Positions 36,631 through 43,771 of a stretch of DNA of 43,771 nt are shown piece after piece; position 1 is the stretch's first letter, and the number at the start of each line of letters is the position of its first letter. This DNA comes from Thermostichus sp. DRC_bins_24 (GTDB lineage Bacteria > Cyanobacteriota > Cyanobacteriia > Thermostichales > Thermostichaceae). The stretch is taken from the NCBI GenBank assembly GCA_039794845.1, contig JAUQVK010000011.1:1-43771 (forward strand), read 5' to 3'. Under the pieces are notes generated by a model. The model was not told the DNA's origin. It saw nothing but the letters and a program-made list of their open reading frames with translations, and did no database searches. A program made the position numbers and the translations under genes.

Positions 36631-36677
36631 CCACTGCGGCTTATCCTACCAAAACTGGCCTTTCCTGCCCCCTGCCC

Positions 36678-37388
36678 ATGTTCGATTCTCCTCCTCCCCA
36701 ACCGGATGATCGCTTTGCCCACCCTTGGTTGCTGCAGTTGTGGCAGCAGCCTCTGATTGGGATCATTCGCGCCCAAGAGAGCCTGGCCCAGGCGACACAA
36801 CAGGCGACTGTGGCCATCCAAGCCGGGATCCGCCAGATCGAGATCACCACCCAGGTGCCCGATTACCCCCAGCTCATTGCCCGGCTCCGCCAGCACCATC
36901 CCCACTGCTGGATCGGGGCGGGCACCGTGCTGAATCGACCGATGGCGGAAGAAGCTCGGCAAGCGGGGGCCCAGTTTCTGGTGGCGCCGGTTACGAATGC
37001 GGAGCTGATCGCTTGGGCGGTGCAGGTGGGGCTGCCGATCGTGCCAGGGGCACTCACCCCCAGCGAGATTTGGGCGGCTTGGCGGGCCGGGGCAACGGCG
37101 GTGAAGGTGTTTCCGGTGGACAGTGTGGGGGGATCCCGGTACCTGCGCCATTTACAGCAGCCGCTGGGCCAGTTGCCTTTGATTCCCACCGGGGGGGTGA
37201 CCTTGGCCAATGCGGCGGAGTACCTACGGGCAGGGGCTTGGGCCGTCGGCATTGCGGGAGACTTGTTCCCGGCGGATGCCTCTTTGGATACAGACAGCCA
37301 TCGGCAAACGTTAGAAAATCGCCTCCGCCAAGCCTTAGCGCAGCTCATGAAACTGCGGCAATTTCTGCAGAAATCCGGTCTAACCTAA
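36678..37388 (+). CDS. eda: KDPG/KHG aldolase
   Basis: IGAGTV, PGALTPSE, VKVFP and IPTGGV motifs. Confidence 0.9.
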   Translation: MFDSPPPQPDDRFAHPWLLQLWQQPLIGIIRAQESLAQATQQATVAIQAGIRQIEITTQVPDYPQLIARLRQHHPHCWIGAGTVLNRPMAEEARQAGAQFLVAPVTNAELIAWAVQVGLPIVPGALTPSEIWAAWRAGATAVKVFPVDSVGGSRYLRHLQQPLGQLPLIPTGGVTLANAAEYLRAGAWAVGIAGDLFPADASLDTDSHRQTLENRLRQALAQLMKLRQFLQKSGLT

Positions 37389-37434
37389 CCTACCCACTAG
37401 AATAGGGGGCGTATTGGTGTGGAGTGAGGCCCGC

Positions 37435-37920
37435 ATGGATGGATTCCTGGATCTGTACCTGCAATTCAATATCCCGAGCCCGATTGAAGAGGCCACCTGG
37501 TGTCGTTGGTTCGAGATTTGGTTGCGGGAGCTGGGGGTGACGATCCCATGTGAGTTGAGCCTTTGTCTGACCTCTGATGATCACATCCGCGAGCTAAACC
37601 GCGAGTTTCGTCACATCGATGAGCCCACGGATGTGTTGGCCTTTGCCGCCCAGGAGATGCTGGCTCCCGTTGGGATCCATGAACTCTCGGGGGTGCGGCT
37701 GTTAGGGGATATCGTGATTTCGGTTCAAACCGCCCGCCTCCAGGCAAAGGCCCAGGGGCATCGTCTTTCGGATGAGCTGGCTTGGCTGGCCAGTCATGGC
37801 TTGCTCCACCTGCTGGGGTGGGATCACCCGGATGAACTGTCCCTACAGCGCATGGTGCAGCAACAACGACAACTGCTGTCGGCGATCCAACTGGGCTTGG
37901 AGGTGACGCATGGCCAATAG
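37435..37920 (+). CDS. ybeY: rRNA maturation endoribonuclease YbeY
   Basis: PTDVLAF, LGDIVIS and HGLLHLLGWDH motifs. Confidence 0.95.
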   Translation: MDGFLDLYLQFNIPSPIEEATWCRWFEIWLRELGVTIPCELSLCLTSDDHIRELNREFRHIDEPTDVLAFAAQEMLAPVGIHELSGVRLLGDIVISVQTARLQAKAQGHRLSDELAWLASHGLLHLLGWDHPDELSLQRMVQQQRQLLSAIQLGLEVTHGQ

Positions 37921-38491
37921 CTCTGGTCGTTCTCTCCGGCGTCTGCGGTTGCTGGAGCGCTCTCGGCCGTTGGCATTCCGACGGCGGGAGGAGGCCCATT
38001 CTTCTGCAGATCCCGCTGCTCCTGAGCCCCAGGCAGCGGCGGATCCCTCAGAGGAGGCCGAGCCTTTGGTGGCGGATCCCTGGCAGCGACCCCCCTCCTG
38101 GCGAGTGGCCACCAACCTGGGCAAGAGTTTTTACTATGCCGGCAAGGGGTTGGTGTACGCTGCCCGCACCCAACGCAACTTCCGCATTCACATTGCCGTG
38201 GCGGTGGTGGCCTTTGCCCTCGGGCTTGGGTTGAAGCTAAGTGCCGTGGAAATGGCCCTGATCAGCTTGGTGACCGGCTTGGTGATGGCCCTTGAGCTGG
38301 TGAATACCGCCCTAGAGGCGGTGGTGGATCTGACCCTCGGCAGTGAGTATCATCTGCTGGCAGCGATCGCCAAAGATTGTGCAGCTGGGGCGGTATTGAT
38401 CGCGGCGGTGGTGGCTCTGCTGGTGGCGGCATGGCTGTTTCTGCCCCCCTTGCTGCTGCTGCTGCAGAACGGCCTGGGGACAGCGGAGTAG
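37910..38491 (+). CDS. dgkA: Prokaryotic diacylglycerol/undecaprenol kinase
   Basis: SFYYAGKG, QRNFRIH, ELVNTALEAVVD and AKDCAAGAV motifs; follows ybeY. Confidence 0.92.
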   Translation: MANSSGRSLRRLRLLERSRPLAFRRREEAHSSADPAAPEPQAAADPSEEAEPLVADPWQRPPSWRVATNLGKSFYYAGKGLVYAARTQRNFRIHIAVAVVAFALGLGLKLSAVEMALISLVTGLVMALELVNTALEAVVDLTLGSEYHLLAAIAKDCAAGAVLIAAVVALLVAAWLFLPPLLLLLQNGLGTAE

Positions 38492-38719
38492 CTTCCCATC
38501 CCGCGCTCTCGACTATCTCCTCTGGGAGCAATTCGCCCAGCTCACCCAGCAGGAGAAAGACCGGGGCCACTCGCTGACGAGCCAGGGATCCGCGGGCATT
38601 GCGGTTGGATCAATTGCAGTTGGATCAATTGCAGTTGGATCAAAGGCTTCCCAGAGCACTGGGCCACCCTCAAGCCTCAACCTCTGATCTGGTGCAAAGA
38701 TGCGGATCTCAACGGCCGT

Positions 38720-39799
38720 TCATCCGCCGAAGTAGTTGATGGCTAGGGCTCCCACCAATGTGAACTGAAACGTCAAGACCACCAAGTAGAAAATGGCGCG
38801 GGGTTTGAACAACGTCAGCATCAGGCCAATCGCCTTTAAGTCCACCATTGGCCCAAACACCATAAAAGCCAACAGGGAGCCCGGCGTAAAGGTGGCTGCA
38901 AAGGAAAGGGCAAAAAAGGCATCCACCGTCGAGCAAATGGAGATGATCGCCGCCAGCGCCATCATGATTAGGATCGACACCAACGCATCCTGGCCGTAAT
39001 CCAATAGAAATGAACGTGGGATCACCGTTTGGATCAATGCTGCCATTGCTGAGCCCAGAATCAGCACGGATCCCAGCTCGCGGATCTCTCTGGCCCAGGT
39101 TTGTAGGAGTAGGGCTCCTTTTTGTCTCCAAGGGAGTCGCGGGGGGGTAGCCAAGGCGGATCGGTAAACTTCCTCCGCAGTTTGTAGAGTTAGCAGGGAT
39201 CCGGCGGAGACCAGTTGCGGTGGGGTGTTTCCCTGCTTGGGCCGCGATCCAATCCAGAAGGTGCCCCCTTGGAGCAGTGGAGAGCGACGGGCGGCGGGGA
39301 GCGCGGCAGTTTGGGCGATGTTGCGTTGCAGCTCCTGCCAAACTGCCGGGTGCAGCAAAGGCTGGAGATCCTTTTGCACGCCAAAGAGCAGACCAATGAC
39401 CACCGCGATGCCAAAGGAAAAGAGAATCCGGTAGACCACGATCTCCGGCATGGTGCGGAAGGCAATCCAAGTGGAGAAGATCACCACCGGGTTAAACACG
39501 GGCGCCGCCAACAGAAAGGCCACCGCCACATGGGGAGGGATCCCTTTGAGCACCAGTTGACGGGCCACGGGCAAGTTGCCACATTCACACACCGGGAAAA
39601 AGAACCCCAAGGCCCCGCCGGTGACCGCGCTACCTACTTTGCCTTTGGGTAAAAAGCGGGCCAACCGGGATCCATCCACAAACACCGCCAGCAGACCCGA
39701 GAGAAAAACCCCCAAAAGCAAAAACGGCATCGCCTGTACCACGATGCTCAGGAAAAGGGTAAATCCATCCCGCCAAAGGGGGGAGTCTAAAAGCCCCAA
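38720..39799 (-). CDS. Predicted permease (DUF318/ArsP_1 family)
   Basis: FPVCECG, LAAPVFNP, SICSTVDAF and FGPMVD motifs. Confidence 0.9.
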   Translation of the reverse strand: MGLLDSPLWRDGFTLFLSIVVQAMPFLLLGVFLSGLLAVFVDGSRLARFLPKGKVGSAVTGGALGFFFPVCECGNLPVARQLVLKGIPPHVAVAFLLAAPVFNPVVIFSTWIAFRTMPEIVVYRILFSFGIAVVIGLLFGVQKDLQPLLHPAVWQELQRNIAQTAALPAARRSPLLQGGTFWIGSRPKQGNTPPQLVSAGSLLTLQTAEEVYRSALATPPRLPWRQKGALLLQTWAREIRELGSVLILGSAMAALIQTVIPRSFLLDYGQDALVSILIMMALAAIISICSTVDAFFALSFAATFTPGSLLAFMVFGPMVDLKAIGLMLTLFKPRAIFYLVVLTFQFTLVGALAINYFGG

Positions 39800-39869
39800 A
39801 GCACCACCTCACACGCAATTTAAGCCTTATTGAGTGTGGATCTCGCCTCAGCCCCCTGTCAAATGAACC

Positions 39870-41006
39870 CTACCCGCGCTCGGCCAAAGGAATGTAGCGT
39901 TGATTCCGTTCGCCCGTATACACCTGAGTAGGTCGGAACAGCCGATTATCCGATAGCTGCTCCCGCCAATGGGCCAACCACCCCGCCGCACGGGCAATGG
40001 CAAACACCGGCGTAAACAGATCTTCCGGGATTCCCAACTTGGCGTAGACCAACCCAGAGTAGAAATCCACATTCGGGTAAATCCCCTTCGGGCCCAGTAG
40101 CTCCTCACACACCCGCTCAACTTCCAAGGCGATGTCGTAGTATTTGTCGTGGCCGTAGCGTTCGAACAGTTCTTCCGCAATTCGCTGCAAGGTAATCGCA
40201 CGGGGATCCTTCACCTTGTAAACCCGGTGCCCTAGCCCCATGATCCGCTGTTTTTTGGCCAGCTTATCCTCAATGAAGGCACGCACATTTTCCACTGAGC
40301 CGATCTGCCGTAGGAGCATCATCACCTGCTGATTGGCCCCCCCATGTAACAGTCCCGAGAGGGTACCCACCGCCGTTGCCAGGCTGCTGTAGGGGTTAGC
40401 CAGGGTGGAGGCGCTCACCAGAAGAGCAAAAGTGGAAGCATTGACGGTGTGTTCGGCGTGCAAAATCAGGCAGGTATCGAAGATGCGCGCCAACCAGGGA
40501 TCCGGCTTTTTGCCCGAGAGCATGTAGAGGAAATTGGCCGAGTGATCGAGGCTGTCGTCGGGCGGAATGGGGTCGTTGCCCTGGCGCATTTGGTGGAACA
40601 TGGCCACCATCGTCGGCAACTTGGAAAGCAAGCGAGTCACCGTGCCGAATACATAGTTGGGATCCACATCCTGCAACGGGTAAAACAGCCCCAAACCCGC
40701 CACGCAGGTTTGCAGTGCATCCATCGGGTGGCCCGACTCTGGGAAAGATTTGATCATGTCGCGGATACGGTATTTCACCCGCCGATGGCCCCGGATCGCC
40801 TGCTCAAAACTGTGCAGATCCGACTGGGTCGGCAGCTCCCCAAAGATGAGCAGATAAGCAGTCTCCAAAAAGGTGCTGTGGGCGGTCAACTCCTGAATCG
40901 GAATGCCGCGGTACTCCAGGATCCCCGCCTGGCCATCCACAAAGCTGATATTGGAGCGTGTGGCCGGAACGCCCTCTAACCCTGGTTTGTATTCCCCATC
41001 CGCCAT
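39870..41006 (-). CDS. gltA: Citrate synthase
   Basis: GLEGV, LHAEH, LHGGAN, MGLGHRVYK and PNVDFYSG motifs. Confidence 0.97.
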   Translation of the reverse strand: MADGEYKPGLEGVPATRSNISFVDGQAGILEYRGIPIQELTAHSTFLETAYLLIFGELPTQSDLHSFEQAIRGHRRVKYRIRDMIKSFPESGHPMDALQTCVAGLGLFYPLQDVDPNYVFGTVTRLLSKLPTMVAMFHQMRQGNDPIPPDDSLDHSANFLYMLSGKKPDPWLARIFDTCLILHAEHTVNASTFALLVSASTLANPYSSLATAVGTLSGLLHGGANQQVMMLLRQIGSVENVRAFIEDKLAKKQRIMGLGHRVYKVKDPRAITLQRIAEELFERYGHDKYYDIALEVERVCEELLGPKGIYPNVDFYSGLVYAKLGIPEDLFTPVFAIARAAGWLAHWREQLSDNRLFRPTQVYTGERNQRYIPLAERG

Positions 41007-41241
41007 GCTCAGCTCCCAAAGTGATGCTGGAGTGATAGTCCCTAACGGTGCCTGAACCCAGACACCACAATCGTATTCCGCAGTACCAATCTCGCTACAG
41101 TAAAGCAGATCTGGATCCCGTCAGCCAAATGGTATCGCTTGCCCCTCCTTGCCGGTAACCGTGGACGCGGGCTTTGTGTCAGCATAGGGATCCCTCGACA
41201 AGCCCTTTTCTCTCTGTCTAAGCCAGCCAAAATCCAAAATA

Positions 41242-42549
41242 ATGTCTTCTTCTCAGATGTTCCCTGCCCTCCCTCGCCGTACTTTGCTCAAATGGGCTGC
41301 CCTCAGCGGGGGATCCGCCCTGCTGGGTTCCTGTGCCGCCCTAGAACGCACCCCATCTGTCAGCAGCACCCCGACCTTAAACCTGTTCACGGTTTCGGAT
41401 CGGTTTGGTACCGCCCTACAGCAGATCGTCCCGCAATTTGAGGCCGCCAGCGGCATTCGCATCGTCGTCACCATCAACGGCTACCCCGAGCTGTATCGGC
41501 GGGCCATTTCCGACTTTGTCGGGGGTACGGCGCAGGCGGATCTGTATGCGGTGGATATCGTCTGGACAGGAGAATGGGCGGAAAACAACTATTTGGTGGA
41601 TTTAACCGAGCGCCTGGAGGAGAATCGCGCTGCTCTCGAACTCGACGATATTCTGCCCGTGATGTGGAAGCTGGGGGAATGGCAAGGGCGACAGCATGCC
41701 TTCCCATTGGCAGGCTATGCGGGCATGCTCAACTACAACCGCTCTGCCCTGGCCGGGGTGGGCTTTCCCGAGGGCCCGGAAACCTTAACAGACTTGCGAG
41801 AAGCCGCCGAAGCCCTGACCACGGGAGACGTGTACGGCATTGCCATCAACGGGGCGCGGGGAGCACCTGTTGCCCAAGATTGGATGTACTACATGCTGGC
41901 CCATGGGGGGAGCCTTTTGGATGAAAGCGGCCAACCCAGCATCGACAGCGCCACCAATATCGCTGCTCTGGAATACTTTCGCGATCTGTTTGCTTTCACT
42001 CCCCCAGGAGCAATTTCCTACGCTTGGCCGGAACGGGAGCAAGCCTTTAACGAAGGGCGGGCGATGATGCAGATGGCCTGGTCAACAGGGCTACGGGACA
42101 AACTCAACCCCAAAACCTCCCGCATTGCCGGGGAGTTGGGCATTACCGGGCTGCCCCTTGCCGCAGGGCTGGATCCCCAATATCCCTTTGGGGGCTGGGG
42201 GTTGGGCATTAACCGCAACTCCAACAACATCGAGCCAGCTTGGGAGTTCATTCGCTGGTTAGCCCGGCCGGAGATTCAAAAAGAGTTCGTTCGTCTGGGA
42301 TCCGAGCCCATACGCCGCAGCATCCTCACCGATGCGGAACTGCTGGCGGAGTTTCCCTATTTTGCCGAGGTCTTACCTTCCATAGAAAAGGGGAATGGGG
42401 ATTTTCGCCCGCGAGTCCCCCAATATGCCCGCCTGCAAGATGCCCTGGGCCTGGTGGTGAACCAGGTGATTACCGATCAACTGGACCCGGATGCGGCCCT
42501 ACAGCAGGTGCAAAGGGAGATGCAGCCCTTTTTTCAATCGGGACCCTGA
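41242..42549 (+). CDS. Sugar-type ABC substrate-binding lipoprotein (SBP_bac_1/8), Tat signal
   Basis: PRRTLLK...LLGSC lipobox; GGWGLGIN and AWEFIRWL motifs. Confidence 0.88.
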   Translation: MSSSQMFPALPRRTLLKWAALSGGSALLGSCAALERTPSVSSTPTLNLFTVSDRFGTALQQIVPQFEAASGIRIVVTINGYPELYRRAISDFVGGTAQADLYAVDIVWTGEWAENNYLVDLTERLEENRAALELDDILPVMWKLGEWQGRQHAFPLAGYAGMLNYNRSALAGVGFPEGPETLTDLREAAEALTTGDVYGIAINGARGAPVAQDWMYYMLAHGGSLLDESGQPSIDSATNIAALEYFRDLFAFTPPGAISYAWPEREQAFNEGRAMMQMAWSTGLRDKLNPKTSRIAGELGITGLPLAAGLDPQYPFGGWGLGINRNSNNIEPAWEFIRWLARPEIQKEFVRLGSEPIRRSILTDAELLAEFPYFAEVLPSIEKGNGDFRPRVPQYARLQDALGLVVNQVITDQLDPDAALQQVQREMQPFFQSGP

Positions 42550-42596
42550 AGAAGGGCCGGATCCGATTGGGATCCAAGCCCTCCATATCCCGTCCA

Positions 42597-43730
42597 CTAG
42601 TAGAACAAGATGCCGATGGGTCGCTGCAAAACGGGGGTAGGTGGTACAAAGGTTGCCCCAGGATCTCCGGCAGGGATCCCGGCGGTGGTGTTGTAGCGCA
42701 GGATCGCCCCAATGGTGTTGGCCCCTTCGCGGAAATCAAAGCCGACACTGTAGAGGATGCCGTTGAGGCCAAAGCTGAGGCTACCGACAAAGTTGCCACT
42801 GGGATCCGCCCCGGTAAAGTCGGTGGAAAAGGATCCGAGTTCGCTGCCGCTGCTCAGGTCGTAAAAACGGATCCCGCCGCCAAAGTCGCTGACGTAAAGA
42901 GCCCCATCCGGCCCAATGGCCAAGCCCAATAGGCTGACAAACCCAGCCCCACCCTCTAAGGGATCTGGCGTGGCAAACACACTGGCACTGCCGCTGCTGA
43001 GGTCATAGCGCAGGATCTGGCTGGGCAACCCCCGGCTGAAATCGGGCTCTCCCTCGACGGCCACACTACCCTGGGTGGTAACATAGAGCGCCCCATCGGG
43101 GCCAAACAACAAGCCATTCGGGCCATTCAACCCACCCGGCAGACCATCCCCTTGGGCATAAACATCCAGAAAGGCACCCGTAGAGCCGCTGTAGCGCAAA
43201 ATTTGATCCGTCAAGAAACTGGAAACGTACAAATTGCCATCCGGCCCAAAGGCGATCCCGTAGGGACGCAACAGGCCGCCCGTTTCATCGGCATCTGTGG
43301 CCGGGTCGTTGGCGACAAAAGCATCCAAAAAGGATCCCGTCAGGCCATCAAACCGCAACACCGAAGAGGCCGCCTCTGCGCTGCCCGCCGGTTGGTTGCC
43401 GCTGGAAATATAGAGATCCGGGATCCCGTCCCCATTGGCATCGGGCCCCAGGATGATCGCATCGGGGGAGAACAGGCCCCCTGTGCCAGCCGGGATAAAC
43501 TCTCCCAAAAAAGCACCCGATTCGGGGTCGAACTGGACAACGTTGTTGCCACGGGTATTGCCCACCAACAGCCGCCCCAGCGGCAAAGGGTTCATCACCG
43601 GGCTGGTGGGTGAACTGCTGCCACAGGCACTCACCACCAGCCAAGCTAGGGATCCGGCAGCCCCAATCCAACGAGACCGCAAAGTTTGTGGGCCAAAACC
43701 CGGCCCCTTTCTTTCACGCATCAAGGACAC
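42597..43730 (-). CDS. NHL/Vgb-like beta-propeller lipoprotein
   Basis: Repeated (F/I)GPDG-x-LYV blades and ILRY motifs; VSAC lipobox. Confidence 0.85.
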   Translation of the reverse strand: MSLMRERKGPGFGPQTLRSRWIGAAGSLAWLVVSACGSSSPTSPVMNPLPLGRLLVGNTRGNNVVQFDPESGAFLGEFIPAGTGGLFSPDAIILGPDANGDGIPDLYISSGNQPAGSAEAASSVLRFDGLTGSFLDAFVANDPATDADETGGLLRPYGIAFGPDGNLYVSSFLTDQILRYSGSTGAFLDVYAQGDGLPGGLNGPNGLLFGPDGALYVTTQGSVAVEGEPDFSRGLPSQILRYDLSSGSASVFATPDPLEGGAGFVSLLGLAIGPDGALYVSDFGGGIRFYDLSSGSELGSFSTDFTGADPSGNFVGSLSFGLNGILYSVGFDFREGANTIGAILRYNTTAGIPAGDPGATFVPPTPVLQRPIGILFY

Positions 43731-43771
43731 TCCTCACAGTCAAAAGGCACGCCTCCCACCCAAACCGATGG

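Noticed and set aside
38598..38642. CRISPR-like repeats
   Set aside because: 15-bp units are directly adjacent with no spacers; there are no cas genes or arrays in the window.

Overview
Chromosomal window from a thermophilic cyanobacterium, most likely Thermostichus (Synechococcus JA-2-3B'a/JA-3-3Ab-like). Evidence: ndhM, the PSII S4-domain gene, urtABCDE and the very frequent octamer GGGATCCC. All calls were made by eye; no database searches were run. Most of the window is shuffled housekeeping genes (ndhM, gltA, ybeY, dgkA, eda, mnmH, pmbA-like, M23 peptidase) plus tRNA-His and tRNA-Ser. It also holds several organic-nitrogen scavenging genes: a BMP-type ABC transporter and a secreted copper amine oxidase (both with NtcA-type promoter geometry), the urea ABC transporter, a biuret hydrolase and an M55 peptidase. 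The intergenic DNA is rich in mobile-element debris. This includes the end of an island at a 3' tRNA-Leu(CAA) fragment with arm-type repeats on both sides, integrase stubs at tRNA-Leu and tRNA-His, several MITEs, a repeatedly hit hicA pseudogene and a psaK fragment. The most unusual item is an apparent solitary integron gene cassette (89-aa ORF plus a 114-bp attC-like site, 6860-7284) with no intI in the window.
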